The notes under the pieces were generated by a model. That model was not told the DNA's origin. It saw nothing but the letters and a program-made list of their open reading frames with translations, and searched no databases. A program made the translations under genes and the position numbers. Of a DNA stretch of 64,000 bases, positions 37,819-47,916 are shown piece by piece. The first letter of the stretch is position 1, and the number at the start of each line of letters is the position of its first letter. The stretch is from Acutalibacteraceae bacterium (GTDB lineage Bacteria; Bacillota; Clostridia; Oscillospirales; Acutalibacteraceae). Location of the stretch: contig JAZNAG010000104.1 in assembly GCA_045586405.1 (NCBI GenBank), positions 716 through 64,715 on the forward strand. Reading direction: 5' to 3'.

Positions 37819-38464
37819 AAGTCATTTTTTCTTGTTTAACTTTTTTATCTATTATGTGACGAGAGGCAAGTTCGTTCTTAATATCCGAAACATTTATACC
37901 CATTTCCACCATCATTACCATTATATGATACATAAGGTCGGCAACCTCATATACCGTTTCGGCTTTATCGTCAGCCTTGGCAGCAATTATTACTTCGGTT
38001 GTTTCTTCACCGATTTTCTTTAAAATCTTATCAATACCTTTTTGAAACAGATAGGTAGTATATGAACCTTCAGGCAGTTCATTTTTTCTTTGTTTTAGTA
38101 AATCATACAGACCTTCGGTTGAAAAAGCATTCAACTCGTCGCTGTGCCAGATTTCATTAAAGAAGCAGGAATTTTCACCCGTATGACAGGCAGGACCGTC
38201 CTTTTTAACAACCACCGTTAAAGCATCGTTATCGCAATCGGCGGTAATTGATACAATATGCTGATAATTCCCACTTGTTTCGCCCTTGAGCCACAGTTCC
38301 TGTCTGCTGCGGCTATAAAAACAGGTAAGCCCTTTCTCCATAGAAATCATAAGACTTTCTTTATTCATATAAGCAAGGGTTAAAACCTCTTTTGTGTCAG
38401 CATCGACAACAATAGCAGGTATAAGCCCCTTTTCATCAAATTTAAGTTTATCAATACTTATCAT
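37817..38464 (-). CDS. hisI: Bifunctional phosphoribosyl-AMP cyclohydrolase / phosphoribosyl-ATP diphosphatase
   Basis: GLIPAIVVDADTKEVLTLAYMN...CHTGENSCF (HisI part), followed by a HisE-like C-terminal half. Confidence 0.9.
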   Translation of the reverse strand: MISIDKLKFDEKGLIPAIVVDADTKEVLTLAYMNKESLMISMEKGLTCFYSRSRQELWLKGETSGNYQHIVSITADCDNDALTVVVKKDGPACHTGENSCFFNEIWHSDELNAFSTEGLYDLLKQRKNELPEGSYTTYLFQKGIDKILKKIGEETTEVIIAAKADDKAETVYEVADLMYHIMVMMVEMGINVSDIKNELASRHIIDKKVKQEKMT

Positions 38465-39225
38465 TATTTTAACCTCACAATAATTCCGTTGTCATTAAGT
38501 TCTTTTTTCAAATCACTTATTTTAACTTCACCAAAATGGAAGATAGAAGCTGCCAGACCTGCATCAACACCCGGTAACGTTTTAAAAAGCTCAACAAAAT
38601 GCGCAGTATTGCCGGCTCCCCCCGAAGCGATAACAGGTACATTAACAGCATTGCATACAGCTTCTAACATTTCAAGGTCGAAACCTCCCTTTACTCCGTC
38701 GGTATCAATAGAATTAACGACTATCTCACCTGCGCCGTCATTAACGCCTTTTTTAATCCAGCTTATTGCCTCAATGCCTGTATCCTCTCTGCCGCCTTTG
38801 GCAAAGACGTGAAAACTGCCGTCAACTCGTTTTATATCAACAGACAAAACAACGCATTGGTCACCGTACTTTTTAGCAGCATTAGATATTAACTGAGGAT
38901 TTTTGATAGCGCCCGAATTAACACTGACTTTATCTGCGCCACATTTAAGTACTCTGTCAAAATCGTCAACAGTTTCAATTCCACCGCCTACCGTTAACGG
39001 TATAAAAATTTGCGAGGCAACCTCTTTTAAAATATCGGTAAAAAGTTGCCTACCCTCAAAAGAAGCTGTTATATCGTAAAAAACAAGCTCGTCAGCACCG
39101 TTTTCACTGTAATACCGTGCTAAATCTATAGGTGAAGAAACATCATTTAGTCCTTTAAAGTTAACACCCTTAACAACTCTGCCGTTTTTTACGTCAAGGC
39201 AAGGGATAATTCTTTTTGTTATCAT
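38464..39225 (-). CDS. hisF: Imidazole glycerol phosphate synthase, cyclase subunit
   Basis: MITKRIIPCLDVKNGRVVKG...IPLTVGGGI...VIASGGAG. Confidence 0.92.
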   Translation of the reverse strand: MITKRIIPCLDVKNGRVVKGVNFKGLNDVSSPIDLARYYSENGADELVFYDITASFEGRQLFTDILKEVASQIFIPLTVGGGIETVDDFDRVLKCGADKVSVNSGAIKNPQLISNAAKKYGDQCVVLSVDIKRVDGSFHVFAKGGREDTGIEAISWIKKGVNDGAGEIVVNSIDTDGVKGGFDLEMLEAVCNAVNVPVIASGGAGNTAHFVELFKTLPGVDAGLAASIFHFGEVKISDLKKELNDNGIIVRLK

Positions 39226-39935
39226 TTTGTTATCTCCACCGCCTCTTTAATATCAATGGCACCGGTGTAATACGCTTTACCTATTATAGCGCCGTATACA
39301 TCAATCTTATTCAACTCAATAATATCATTTATATCTGTTACTCCGCCTGAAGCGATTATGTCTAAGTTTAGTTCATTTTTTAACTTTCTATATAGGTCAA
39401 GGTTGGTGCCTTTCATAGCGCCGTCACGGGAAATGTCGGTGCAAATAATGGTTTTAACGCCGATACTTTGCATCTGTGTACAAAATTCTATACCGTCAAA
39501 CTCTGATTTTTCGGTCCAGCCCTTTATAGCAACCTTACCGTCTTTTATGTCTACACCGACAGCAATTTTGTCGCCGTATTTTTTTACAGCACTTAGCAAA
39601 AATTCTCTGTCTTTTACAGCGGCGGTGCCCAAAATCACTCTATTAACACCGGAACTGATATATGTTGCAACGGTCTCCATACTTCTGATGCCGCCGCCGA
39701 TTTCTATAAAAGCATCTGTTACGCTTCTTATTTTTTTTACGGTTTCAATATTAGGGGTATTACCATCCCTTGCGCCCTCAAGGTCAACAAGATGAAGAAA
39801 CTCTGCCCCGCTTTCTTTAAACTTTACTGCAATTTCTTCGGGATGGTCACTGTAAACCGTCATATTATTATAGTCGCCTTTATATAAACGGACAGCCTTG
39901 CCGCCGTAAATATCAATAGCAGGAAAAATTTTCAT
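39222..39935 (-). CDS. hisA: ProFAR isomerase
   Basis: MKIFPAIDIYGGKAVRLYKGDY...LHLVDLEGA...IASGGV. Confidence 0.9.
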   Translation of the reverse strand: MKIFPAIDIYGGKAVRLYKGDYNNMTVYSDHPEEIAVKFKESGAEFLHLVDLEGARDGNTPNIETVKKIRSVTDAFIEIGGGIRSMETVATYISSGVNRVILGTAAVKDREFLLSAVKKYGDKIAVGVDIKDGKVAIKGWTEKSEFDGIEFCTQMQSIGVKTIICTDISRDGAMKGTNLDLYRKLKNELNLDIIASGGVTDINDIIELNKIDVYGAIIGKAYYTGAIDIKEAVEITK

Positions 39936-39938
39936 AAA

Positions 39939-40553
39939 TTACTCTCCGTATTCACAAAACGCTTTTAAGATTTTAAGTCCAGTTTCACCGCTTTTTTCGG
40001 GATGAAACTGACAGCCGAAAATATTATCCTTAGCAACTGCGGCGGTAATATCTATACCGTATTCTGAGGTTGCAATAAGGCATTCCTCACATTCATTAGC
40101 AAAAAAAGAATGAACAAAATAAACACAGTCACCCTCGTTTATATATTTAAACAAAGGACTGTCCTTTATAAACTTTAGTCCGTTCCAACCGATATGAGGA
40201 ATTTTAAGGTTGGCAGGTATTCTTTTATCCATAGCTACTACCTTGCCCTTTAAAAGACCTAAGCCGTCGTGCTCTCCGTATTCGAAACTTTTTTCAAAAA
40301 GCATCTGCATACCAAGACAAATACCAAGAAGCGCCTTACCCTTTTTCACCTCGTCAATAATCACTTTATCAAGAGATAGTGTGCGAAGTTTTTTAATTGC
40401 ATCCTCAAAAGCGCCTACGCCGGGTAATACAATTTTATCTGCTTTTTTTATGGTTTCGGCATCACCGGTAACACAGATATCCAAACCAAGAGATTTAAAA
40501 GACGAACAAAGTGAAAAAAGATTTCCAACTCCGTAGTCAACAATTGCTATCAT
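39939..40553 (-). CDS. hisH: Imidazole glycerol phosphate synthase, glutaminase subunit
   Basis: MIAIVDYGVGNLFS...LPGVGAF...GICLGMQ...FHPEKS. Confidence 0.92.
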   Translation of the reverse strand: MIAIVDYGVGNLFSLCSSFKSLGLDICVTGDAETIKKADKIVLPGVGAFEDAIKKLRTLSLDKVIIDEVKKGKALLGICLGMQMLFEKSFEYGEHDGLGLLKGKVVAMDKRIPANLKIPHIGWNGLKFIKDSPLFKYINEGDCVYFVHSFFANECEECLIATSEYGIDITAAVAKDNIFGCQFHPEKSGETGLKILKAFCEYGE

Positions 40554-41140
40554 CAGAGAACTCCTTTAGTCGAGGGTATTTGGTTTTCAAAGCGTGTATC
40601 AATAGCCACTGCCCGTCTTAAGGCTCTGGCAACCGACTTGAATGCGCCTTCTGCAATATGGTGTGAATTTCTGCCGTCACGCTGTATGATATGTAAGGTT
40701 ATATCGGCATTTCTTACAAAAGAAACAAAGAATTCCTCAATAAGTTCACTGTCAAAGGTGCCTATTTTTTCGCTTCTGATATCAAGTTTATAGGAAATAT
40801 ACGGTCTGCCGGAAATATCAACGGCAGATTCAATAAGTGCCTCATCCATAGGAAGAAGCATTGAGCCGTAGCGGTTAATACCCTTCATATCCGAAAGTGC
40901 TTCCTTAAAAGCCTTACCAAGACAGATGCCTAAATCTTCAGCAAGATGATGATCGTCCACAAAAGTGTCTCCGTTTGCTTTAACGTTCAGGTCAAAACCG
41001 GAGTGACGGGCAAACAAAGTAAGCATATGAGTTAAAAAACCGCAAGGAATATCAAGTTTTGCTTTTCCCTCTCCGTCAAGATTTATACTGAGTTCAATTT
41101 GAGTTTCACTTGTATTTCTGTTTATAGAAGCTTTTCTCAT
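40553..41140 (-). CDS. hisB: Imidazoleglycerol-phosphate dehydratase
   Basis: RNTSETQIELSINLDG...DDHHLAEDLGI...GRNSHHIAEGAFKS. Confidence 0.92.
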   Translation of the reverse strand: MRKASINRNTSETQIELSINLDGEGKAKLDIPCGFLTHMLTLFARHSGFDLNVKANGDTFVDDHHLAEDLGICLGKAFKEALSDMKGINRYGSMLLPMDEALIESAVDISGRPYISYKLDIRSEKIGTFDSELIEEFFVSFVRNADITLHIIQRDGRNSHHIAEGAFKSVARALRRAVAIDTRFENQIPSTKGVL

Positions 41141-42204
41141 TTTACTTCCTCCTTAATTTCTTTTACAGTACTGATAAACTTTTTCATCTGTTTTAAAGTA
41201 CCTATGGTAATGCGGTTATAGTCGCAAATTTCTTTTGCCGAAAAATGTCGTATTAAAACGCCTTTGGCTTTAAGCCTTTTGTAAAGTTCCTCGCCGCCTA
41301 TCCAGTTACTTTTTGCAAATATAAAATTGGTTTTCGAATCAATAACCTCAAAACCTATTTCTTTCAGCGCATTTGCGGTAAAGGTGCGGTTTTCCATAAT
41401 CTTTTTGCACTTATCAACATAATAGTCGTTATCATCAATAGCAGCAGCGCCTGCCACTAAAGACAGTCTGTTTATGTTATAGGGATTGGTTGAATATTTA
41501 ATAAGTTCCAAATCCTTAATAATTTCTGCGTTACCGATTGCAAAACCTAGTCTGGCACCAGCAAGACAACGTGATTTTGAAAAGGTGCAACAAACAAGAA
41601 GATTATTATACTTTTTAGTAAGAGCAGTTGCGCTTTCACCACCGAAATCAACATAGGCTTCATCAATAAGCACAACATTATTTGGGTTTGATTTGACTAT
41701 TTCTTCTATTTGGTCAACAGACAGCGCAAGACCGGTTGGTGCGTTGGGGTTTGCAATAACAATAAATTTATTCTTATTAAGATAGTCCTTGTAATCAATA
41801 GAAAAATCTTTTTTAAGTTCTATTTCTTCGGCTTTCAGTCCGTAAAGCTGAGCAAAAACCTTGTAAAAGCCATAGCTAATCTTTGGAAAGGCTACCTCAC
41901 CCTTTTCTCCCGAAAAAGTCATAAAGGAAAAGTTAAGAATATCATCAGATCCATTTGCAAGATAAACGTTATCAGCCTTTACTCCGTAAAGGTTTGCAAT
42001 TTTTTCCTTAAGAACCTTAGCTGTCGGATCAGAGTAAAGCCTTAAGTTTTTTACTTCATTCTTGCTTACAGCTTTCAGTACCTTTTTTGATGGTGGGAAT
42101 GGTGATTCATTGGTGTTAAGCTTTACATATTTCATATCTCTGGGCTGTTCACCCGGAACATACGCGGTAAGACCACTGAATTTACTGTTTAAAAATTTAC
42201 TCAT
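41137..42204 (-). CDS. hisC: Histidinol-phosphate aminotransferase
   Basis: LNTNESPFPPS...NPNAPTG...TFSKS(R) PLP-lysine motif. Operon context. Confidence 0.9.
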   Translation of the reverse strand: MSKFLNSKFSGLTAYVPGEQPRDMKYVKLNTNESPFPPSKKVLKAVSKNEVKNLRLYSDPTAKVLKEKIANLYGVKADNVYLANGSDDILNFSFMTFSGEKGEVAFPKISYGFYKVFAQLYGLKAEEIELKKDFSIDYKDYLNKNKFIVIANPNAPTGLALSVDQIEEIVKSNPNNVVLIDEAYVDFGGESATALTKKYNNLLVCCTFSKSRCLAGARLGFAIGNAEIIKDLELIKYSTNPYNINRLSLVAGAAAIDDNDYYVDKCKKIMENRTFTANALKEIGFEVIDSKTNFIFAKSNWIGGEELYKRLKAKGVLIRHFSAKEICDYNRITIGTLKQMKKFISTVKEIKEEVK

Positions 42205-43481
42205 TTTTTATTCTCCGTACGAATAATTGCGCTTTTTGCATGGGCAGAAAGGCCTTCTTTTTCAGCAAAATAAGCAACATCTTGCGCAACCTTTTCCAGC
42301 GCTTCTTTTGTATAGTATGTATACTGAGTTTTCTTTACAAAGTCATCAACTGAAAGCGGGCTTGAAAACTTTGCTGTACCGCTTGTGGGTAAGGTGTGGT
42401 TAGGACCTGCAAAATAGTCGCCCAGTGCCTCAGGACAGTATTTGCCCATAAATACAGAGCCTGCATGACGTATACTGTCAAGATAATCAAATGGGTTATC
42501 AACACAAAGTTCAAGATGCTCAGGTGCTATTTCATTAGCTATATCTATTGCAACCTTCAGGTCATCGGCAACGATAATTTTGCCGTTATTATCAATAGAT
42601 GTTCTGGCAATTTCACTTCTTGGCAGAAGCGGAATTTGTTCTTCAAGCTGAGCAGAAACTTTTTTGGCAAATTCAATACTATTAGTAACCAGCACAGCGC
42701 TTGCCATTTTATCGTGCTCTGCCTGAGATAACAGGTCTGCTGCAATATAAGAGGGCTCACAGGTATCATCGGCAACAATCAGTATTTCACTGGGTCCGGC
42801 TATCATATCAATAGACACAGTACCATATACCTGCTTTTTGGCTTCGGCAACAAAGGCATTACCGGGGCCGACGATTTTATCAACCTTAGGTATACTTTCG
42901 GTACCGAAGGCTAAAGCCGCGATAGCCTGAGCGCCGCCCACCTTGAAAATACGGTCAACCCCTGCCACCTTAGCTGCCGCTAAAATAACGGGATTTACCT
43001 TTGAATCACTTGACGGCGGTGTTACAATACACAGCTCCTTTACACCTGCAATTTTAGCAGGGATACTGTCCATAAGCACAGTTGACGGATATGCGGCAGT
43101 ACCACCGGGCACATAAAGACCTGCGCGGTCAACAGGGATAACCTTCTGACCGATTACAACGCCCTGTTTATCGTTGATAATAAAACTGTTTCTCAACTGT
43201 TTTTCGTGGAAATTACGAATATTATCTGCCGCCGAGCGTAAAATTTCTATAAATTTTTCGTCTACGCTTTTTATAGCTTCTTCAATTTCTTCCTCTGTCA
43301 CCTCAAGACAGTCAAGATTAGCTTTATCAAATTTTAAAGAGTAACGGTAAAGAGCCTCGTCGCCATTTTCTTTAACATCGGCAAGTATCTCACTTACCAC
43401 ACCCGAAACATCTGTCTGAACATCACAACGGGAAAAAATCTCACTGTTTGGCACTTCGCCGTACTTTAATATCTTAATCAT
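42201..43481 (-). CDS. hisD: Histidinol dehydrogenase
   Basis: [16 protein letters not shown]...SQAEHD...[13 protein letters not shown]. Confidence 0.92.
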   Translation of the reverse strand: MIKILKYGEVPNSEIFSRCDVQTDVSGVVSEILADVKENGDEALYRYSLKFDKANLDCLEVTEEEIEEAIKSVDEKFIEILRSAADNIRNFHEKQLRNSFIINDKQGVVIGQKVIPVDRAGLYVPGGTAAYPSTVLMDSIPAKIAGVKELCIVTPPSSDSKVNPVILAAAKVAGVDRIFKVGGAQAIAALAFGTESIPKVDKIVGPGNAFVAEAKKQVYGTVSIDMIAGPSEILIVADDTCEPSYIAADLLSQAEHDKMASAVLVTNSIEFAKKVSAQLEEQIPLLPRSEIARTSIDNNGKIIVADDLKVAIDIANEIAPEHLELCVDNPFDYLDSIRHAGSVFMGKYCPEALGDYFAGPNHTLPTSGTAKFSSPLSVDDFVKKTQYTYYTKEALEKVAQDVAYFAEKEGLSAHAKSAIIRTENKK

Positions 43482-44109
43482 TATAACTCACCTGTTTAGC
43501 AAGGCCGGATTTTACAGCCTCAATTATATCTTTATTAAACTGATAACTTGCTTTGTTGGAAATTAGTCTTGCGCTTATAGGAACTATGGTTTCATAAGCA
43601 GTAAGATCATTTTCTGTAAGGGTTTTCCCCGTTTCAACTATATCCACAATTACATCAGAAAGTCCAAGTATAGGGGCAATTTCTATAGAGCCGTTAAGAT
43701 GAATAATATCAATATCACGGCATTTTTCTCTGTAATATTTAGCGGCAATATTTGAAAACTTAGTAGCAACACGCAGAGTTTTATCGGTATTATCTCTGAA
43801 ATCACGTTTTGCCGCAACTGCCATTCTGCATTTACCGATATTAAGGTCAAGCAGTTCATAGACATCGGGGCAGTATTCAAGCAAAATATCCTTACCTGCA
43901 ACACCAATATCTGCCGCGCCGCGTTCAACATATATTGCAACATCAGAGGGTTTTACCCAGAAATATCTAACCCCTGCTTTTTCGTTTTCAAAAATGAGCT
44001 TTCTGTTATTCTCTTTAATAGAAGGACATTCAAAACCGGCTTTTTCAAACATTTCATAAACCTTTTCGCCCAGTCTGCCCTTGGGAAGTGCAACGTTAAT
44101 CATTTTCAA
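43474..44109 (-). CDS. hisG: ATP phosphoribosyltransferase, short (HisZ-dependent) form
   Basis: 211 aa. INVALPKGRL...DIVETGKTL. Paired with hisZ upstream. Confidence 0.9.
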   Translation of the reverse strand: MKMINVALPKGRLGEKVYEMFEKAGFECPSIKENNRKLIFENEKAGVRYFWVKPSDVAIYVERGAADIGVAGKDILLEYCPDVYELLDLNIGKCRMAVAAKRDFRDNTDKTLRVATKFSNIAAKYYREKCRDIDIIHLNGSIEIAPILGLSDVIVDIVETGKTLTENDLTAYETIVPISARLISNKASYQFNKDIIEAVKSGLAKQVSYND

Positions 44110-45208
44110 TTGTTTTCACAAACTCCTTCCCGTTAAACTCATACGCTTTTTTGTAAATAAGGTTGCTTGGCAGTTTTTTGCATACCTTAACGGTTTCTCC
44201 GTCTTGTAGTAATTTTTCAATTAAACCAAACACGGCAGAAATATCACCGTTGTCAATAATTATTGTATCTACATCGTACTGTAAAGGTTTCTCTTTAAAT
44301 CTTTCAAGCTCGTCCAGATAAACAGCAAAGCCTATTGCAGAGCCTTTTTTACCCATTTTTCGCATAAGCTTATCATACTGTCCACCAGAGCATACTGTAG
44401 TGGGTATGCTGTTTACAAAGCCTTTGAAAACAATACCGCTATAATATCTCATACCGCCAACAACAGAAAAATCAACATTGAATTTATAACCGCGTTTTTC
44501 GGTAATTTTAAGTATTTCTTCAAATTCGTTAAATTCTTTTACGGCGGTTTCGCTTATAGCTAATTTTGAAAGTGCTGCAACAGCGGTTTTTATATCACTG
44601 AAATTTTCAGTAAAAATTGTCAGTCTTTCGGTATAATCGTCTAAAGACTTTTCCTTGCAAAACCACTTAATTCCGTCGGCATTTTTACTGCTTATAAGTT
44701 CAATAATTTCTTTTCTGTCACTGTCAAAAATTCCGATTTCGTCAAGTACGGCGTAAAGAAAACCTATATGAGAAAGCTGCATCATATAATCAGCATCAAT
44801 TACCTTAAGGCTTTCAAGGGCAAGATGAAGCACCTCGCAAACATCATAAAGTCCGATATCGCCTATACATTCAAGACCGGTCTGCATAATTTCTTTATAT
44901 GTATGCGATCTACCCGAAATACGATAAACGTTTTCATTATAGTAAACCTTTTCAACCTGCCCTGCTCTGTCATTAAAGTTGTTGATAATGGAAAGGGTTA
45001 CGTCGGGCTTTAAGGCAAGAAGCTTACCTGAAGTATCGGTAAATGTTATAACACTGTCAGAAATAAGAAAATCTTTATTCTTAACGTAAAGGTCATATTC
45101 CTCAAACTTATTCATTTTATAACGGCAGTAACCAAAGCGTCTGTATAATGCTCTCAATTTATATACAGACTCTTCATCATACTTTAAAAGTTTTTCGTCA
45201 ATATACAT
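44096..45208 (-). CDS. hisZ: ATP phosphoribosyltransferase regulatory subunit (HisRS paralogue)
   Basis: HisRS-like core without an anticodon-binding domain. First gene of the his operon; it overlaps hisG. Confidence 0.85.
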   Translation of the reverse strand: MYIDEKLLKYDEESVYKLRALYRRFGYCRYKMNKFEEYDLYVKNKDFLISDSVITFTDTSGKLLALKPDVTLSIINNFNDRAGQVEKVYYNENVYRISGRSHTYKEIMQTGLECIGDIGLYDVCEVLHLALESLKVIDADYMMQLSHIGFLYAVLDEIGIFDSDRKEIIELISSKNADGIKWFCKEKSLDDYTERLTIFTENFSDIKTAVAALSKLAISETAVKEFNEFEEILKITEKRGYKFNVDFSVVGGMRYYSGIVFKGFVNSIPTTVCSGGQYDKLMRKMGKKGSAIGFAVYLDELERFKEKPLQYDVDTIIIDNGDISAVFGLIEKLLQDGETVKVCKKLPSNLIYKKAYEFNGKEFVKTIEND

Positions 45209-45239
45209 ATTTTGCCTCCGCTGAATAATTCACTTCATT

Positions 45240-45268
45240 AGTCTATCACATCAGCGTGATGAAGTCAA
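45240..45268 (-). promoter_or_regulatory. Candidate promoter of the his operon
   Basis: The minus strand reads TTGACT (45263-45268), 17 nt, TAGACT (45240-45245). The leader to the hisZ ATG is short (~30 nt), which leaves no room for a T-box. Confidence 0.45.
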
Positions 45269-45290
45269 TACATTTTTAAAAGTTTTTTCA

Positions 45291-45332
45291 AAAATCAAAA
45301 TACCTGCGAAGCAACACAGCAAACGCAGGTAT
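45291..45332 (-). terminator. Intrinsic terminator after metA
   Basis: The minus strand reads aatacctgcg-tttgctgtgttgctt-cgcaggtatt followed by ttgattttt. Confidence 0.7.
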
Positions 45333-45336
45333 TCAG

Positions 45337-46272
45337 TTAGTTACCTTGCTTTGTTTTAGCAATTTCGGTTATATCAAAAGGTGTTGTTTGATATACGAAA
45401 TAGTTCAGCCAGTTGGAATATAAAAGATGTGCATGTGAGCGCCACTTTACAATAGGAGCTTTCGTTGCATCATCACCAGGATAGTAATTTTCGGGAACAT
45501 CAATAGGCTCACCTTTATTTAAATCTCGGACATATTCATCATTTAAGGTATTGGCGTCATATTCAGAGTGTCCTGTTATAAACACCTGCTTACCGTTTTC
45601 GGTAAGAACAGCGTATATTCCCGCCTTTTCTGAGGATGCTACTATTTTAAGGGCATCTACTGCTTCAATCTCTTCCCTCTTAACTGTAGTATGGCGGGAA
45701 TGAGGTACAAAGAAGTTATCATCAAAACCACGAAGAAGCATTGAGTTCTTATAATCGGCAGTATGCTCAAATACACCGAACAACTTACTGTCAAGCGGGT
45801 ACTTATTTATGCCGTAATGGTAATAAAGCCCTGCCTGTGCACCCCAACAAATATGAAATGTGCTGTGAACGTGTGTTTTTGTCCACTCCATTATTTCACA
45901 AAGCTCCTGCCAATATTCAACCTCTTCAAAAGCCATTTTTTCAACAGGTGCGCCTGTAATAATCATTCCGTCAAAGGTTTGGTCCTTTACATCTTCAAAA
46001 GTTTTATAAAAAGCCAGAAGATGTTCGGATGATGTATTTTTGGAATGATAAGTGCTTGTATGAATCAGCTCAAGCTCAACCTGTAACGGCGTGTTACCAA
46101 GAAGTCTGGAAAGCTGTGTTTCGGTAGCAATCTTATTAGGCATAAGATTTAAAAGCAGTATTCTTAAAGGACGAATATCCTGAGTAACCGCACGCTGCTC
46201 GGGCATAACGAAAATATTTTCATTAAGCAAAGTTTTAACTGCAGGCAGATCATTGGGTATTCTTATTGGCAT
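45337..46272 (-). CDS. metA: Homoserine O-acyltransferase (MetA family)
   Basis: [23 protein letters not shown]...[10 protein letters not shown]...[10 protein letters not shown]. Confidence 0.9.
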   Translation of the reverse strand: MPIRIPNDLPAVKTLLNENIFVMPEQRAVTQDIRPLRILLLNLMPNKIATETQLSRLLGNTPLQVELELIHTSTYHSKNTSSEHLLAFYKTFEDVKDQTFDGMIITGAPVEKMAFEEVEYWQELCEIMEWTKTHVHSTFHICWGAQAGLYYHYGINKYPLDSKLFGVFEHTADYKNSMLLRGFDDNFFVPHSRHTTVKREEIEAVDALKIVASSEKAGIYAVLTENGKQVFITGHSEYDANTLNDEYVRDLNKGEPIDVPENYYPGDDATKAPIVKWRSHAHLLYSNWLNYFVYQTTPFDITEIAKTKQGN

Positions 46273-46293
46273 ATTTTATGTCAACTCTCTTTA

Positions 46294-47577
46294 CTAAATA
46301 TTATCGAGTGCGTTTTTGATATCGTTTATAAGGTCCTGACTATTTTCAAGACCGCAAGAAAAACGAACAAGATCAGGTAAAACACCTGCTGCAACAAGCT
46401 CTTCGTCGCTCATCTGACGATGTGTAGCACTTGCAGGATGCAGACAACAGCTTCTTGCATCGGCAACGTGGGTTTCAATAGCGGCAATTTTAAGACCTGC
46501 CATAAACTTTTCGGCAGCTTTTCTTCCGCCCTTAACGCCGAAGCTTACAACACCGCAAGAGCCGTTCGGCAGGTACTTCTTAGCAAGAGCCTCATCCTCA
46601 TCACCTTCAAGATTTGGATATTTAACCCAAGAAATTCTGTCGTCAGACTTTAGGAACTTGGCTACGGCAAGACCGTTAGCACAGTGCTGTTTCATTCTTA
46701 CGTGCAGACTTTCGATACCAAGGTTAATAAGATAAGCGTTCTGAGGAGACTGAATAGAACCGAAATCTCTCATAAGCTGAGCAGTAGCTTTGGTAATATA
46801 TGCGCCTTCAAGCCCAAAGCGCTCGGTATAGGTAACACCGTGATAGCTATCATCAGGTGTGCAAAGTCCTGCAAATTTTTCAGGATACTTAGTCCAGTCA
46901 AACTTACCTGAATCTACAATACAGCCACCGACACCGCTGCCGTGACCGTCAAGATACTTAGTTGTGGAATGAGTAACAATATCTGCACCCCACTCAAAAG
47001 GACGGCAATTAACAGGTGTGGCAAAGGTATTATCTATAATAAGCGGTACGCCGTTTTCGTGAGCCACTTTGGCAAACTTTTCAATATCAAGCACAGTAAG
47101 TGCAGGGTTAGCTATAGTTTCACCAAACACGGCCTTCGTATTAGGACGAAAAGCCGCCTGAAGTTCTTCTTCAGTTGCATAAGGGGAAACAAAGGTAAAC
47201 TCTATACCCATACGCTTCATAGTAACAGCAAAAAGGTTATAAGTACCGCCGTAAATTGCCGATGAAGCAATTATATGGTCACCAACAGAAGCAATATTGA
47301 AAATACTGTAAAAGTTTGCAGCCTGACCTGAAGAAGTAAGCATTGCAGCAGTACCGCCTTCAAGTTCACAAATTTTTGCAGCTACATGGTCATTTGTAGG
47401 GTTCTGTAAACGAGAGTAAAAATAACCGGAGGCCTCAAGGTCAAAAAGCTTTGCCATATCGTTTGAAGACTCATATTTAAAAGTTGTACTCTGTATAATC
47501 GGTATCTGTCTGGGCTCGCCGTTTCCGGGACGATATCCACCCTGAACACAGGTAGTTTCTATATTATATTTATTCAT
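46294..47577 (-). CDS. metY: O-acetylhomoserine aminocarboxypropyltransferase / sulfhydrylase (PLP-dependent)
   Basis: Cys/Met-metabolism PLP enzyme. It has the HSTTKYLDGHG PLP-lysine motif and sits adjacent to metA. Confidence 0.85.
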   Translation of the reverse strand: MNKYNIETTCVQGGYRPGNGEPRQIPIIQSTTFKYESSNDMAKLFDLEASGYFYSRLQNPTNDHVAAKICELEGGTAAMLTSSGQAANFYSIFNIASVGDHIIASSAIYGGTYNLFAVTMKRMGIEFTFVSPYATEEELQAAFRPNTKAVFGETIANPALTVLDIEKFAKVAHENGVPLIIDNTFATPVNCRPFEWGADIVTHSTTKYLDGHGSGVGGCIVDSGKFDWTKYPEKFAGLCTPDDSYHGVTYTERFGLEGAYITKATAQLMRDFGSIQSPQNAYLINLGIESLHVRMKQHCANGLAVAKFLKSDDRISWVKYPNLEGDEDEALAKKYLPNGSCGVVSFGVKGGRKAAEKFMAGLKIAAIETHVADARSCCLHPASATHRQMSDEELVAAGVLPDLVRFSCGLENSQDLINDIKNALDNI

Positions 47578-47609
47578 AAAAATATTACCTCCATTATAAT
47601 CTATATCTA

Positions 47610-47637
47610 AGTATACACCTTTAAATCTTTAAGTCAA
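47610..47637 (-). promoter_or_regulatory. Candidate promoter of metY-metA
   Basis: The minus strand reads TTGACT (47632-47637), 16 nt, TATACT (47610-47615). Confidence 0.4.
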
Positions 47638-47710
47638 GTAAAATAAGATACAAAATAACAGTTTTTTTCGTTATTTTTTCACAAAAATTGCATATTTTGA
47701 TATTTTTTTG

Positions 47711-47739
47711 TTGCAATACACAACAGGTTGTGGTATGAT
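47711..47739 (+). promoter_or_regulatory. Candidate promoter of the pfl leader
   Basis: TTGCAA (47711-47716), 17 nt, extended -10 TGgTATGAT (47732-47739). Confidence 0.55.
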
Positions 47740-47746
47740 AACACTA

Positions 47747-47822
47747 CAAGGCAGTTCGCTGACGGTTTTGTGAATTGACACAGTGCGGTCTGTCCTCATA
47801 TAGTTGCCGACCGTCTGGGTAG
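47747..47822 (+). promoter_or_regulatory. Probable ZTP riboswitch (pfl RNA motif)
   Basis: The 5' subdomain has ggcag...cgcTGACGG and a tgtg/caca hairpin, closed by ctgtc. After a linker comes the 3' element GCCGACCGTCTGGG. The GACGG (47761-47765) / CCGTC (47811-47815) pairing corresponds to the conserved GGCGG/CCGCC pseudoknot, with a compensatory G-C to A-U change. The element sits directly upstream of pflB, the motif's namesake context. Confidence 0.65.
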
Positions 47823-47850
47823 TTAAGTTCTTCTTAGCTACTTATTTTTA
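47819..47850 (+). terminator. Intrinsic terminator acting as the riboswitch expression platform
   Basis: Stem gtagttaag-ttctt-cttagctac followed by ttattttta. The 5' arm abuts and overlaps the CTGGG element of the aptamer. Confidence 0.6.
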
Positions 47851-47916
47851 TGCTTAATTTTATGTTTCTTTTTTAACAATATCGAGATTATTTGTTTATT
47901 AGCGGAGGATTATACA

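Noticed and set aside
37817-45208. his operon as a candidate novel cluster
   Set aside because: It is a complete, canonical hisZGDCBHAFI(E) operon with overlapping start/stop codons and nothing unusual in order or content.
45209-45336. Possible T-box or attenuator leader upstream of the his operon
   Set aside because: The only strong hairpin is the metA terminator. The distance from the candidate -10 to the hisZ ATG is too short for a T-box, and no His-codon-rich leader peptide is present.
47578-47700. Expected SAM (S-box) riboswitch or T-box upstream of metY-metA
   Set aside because: The leader from the candidate promoter to the ATG is only ~30-50 nt and AT-rich. No S-box core sequences or T-box specifier/terminator features were seen.
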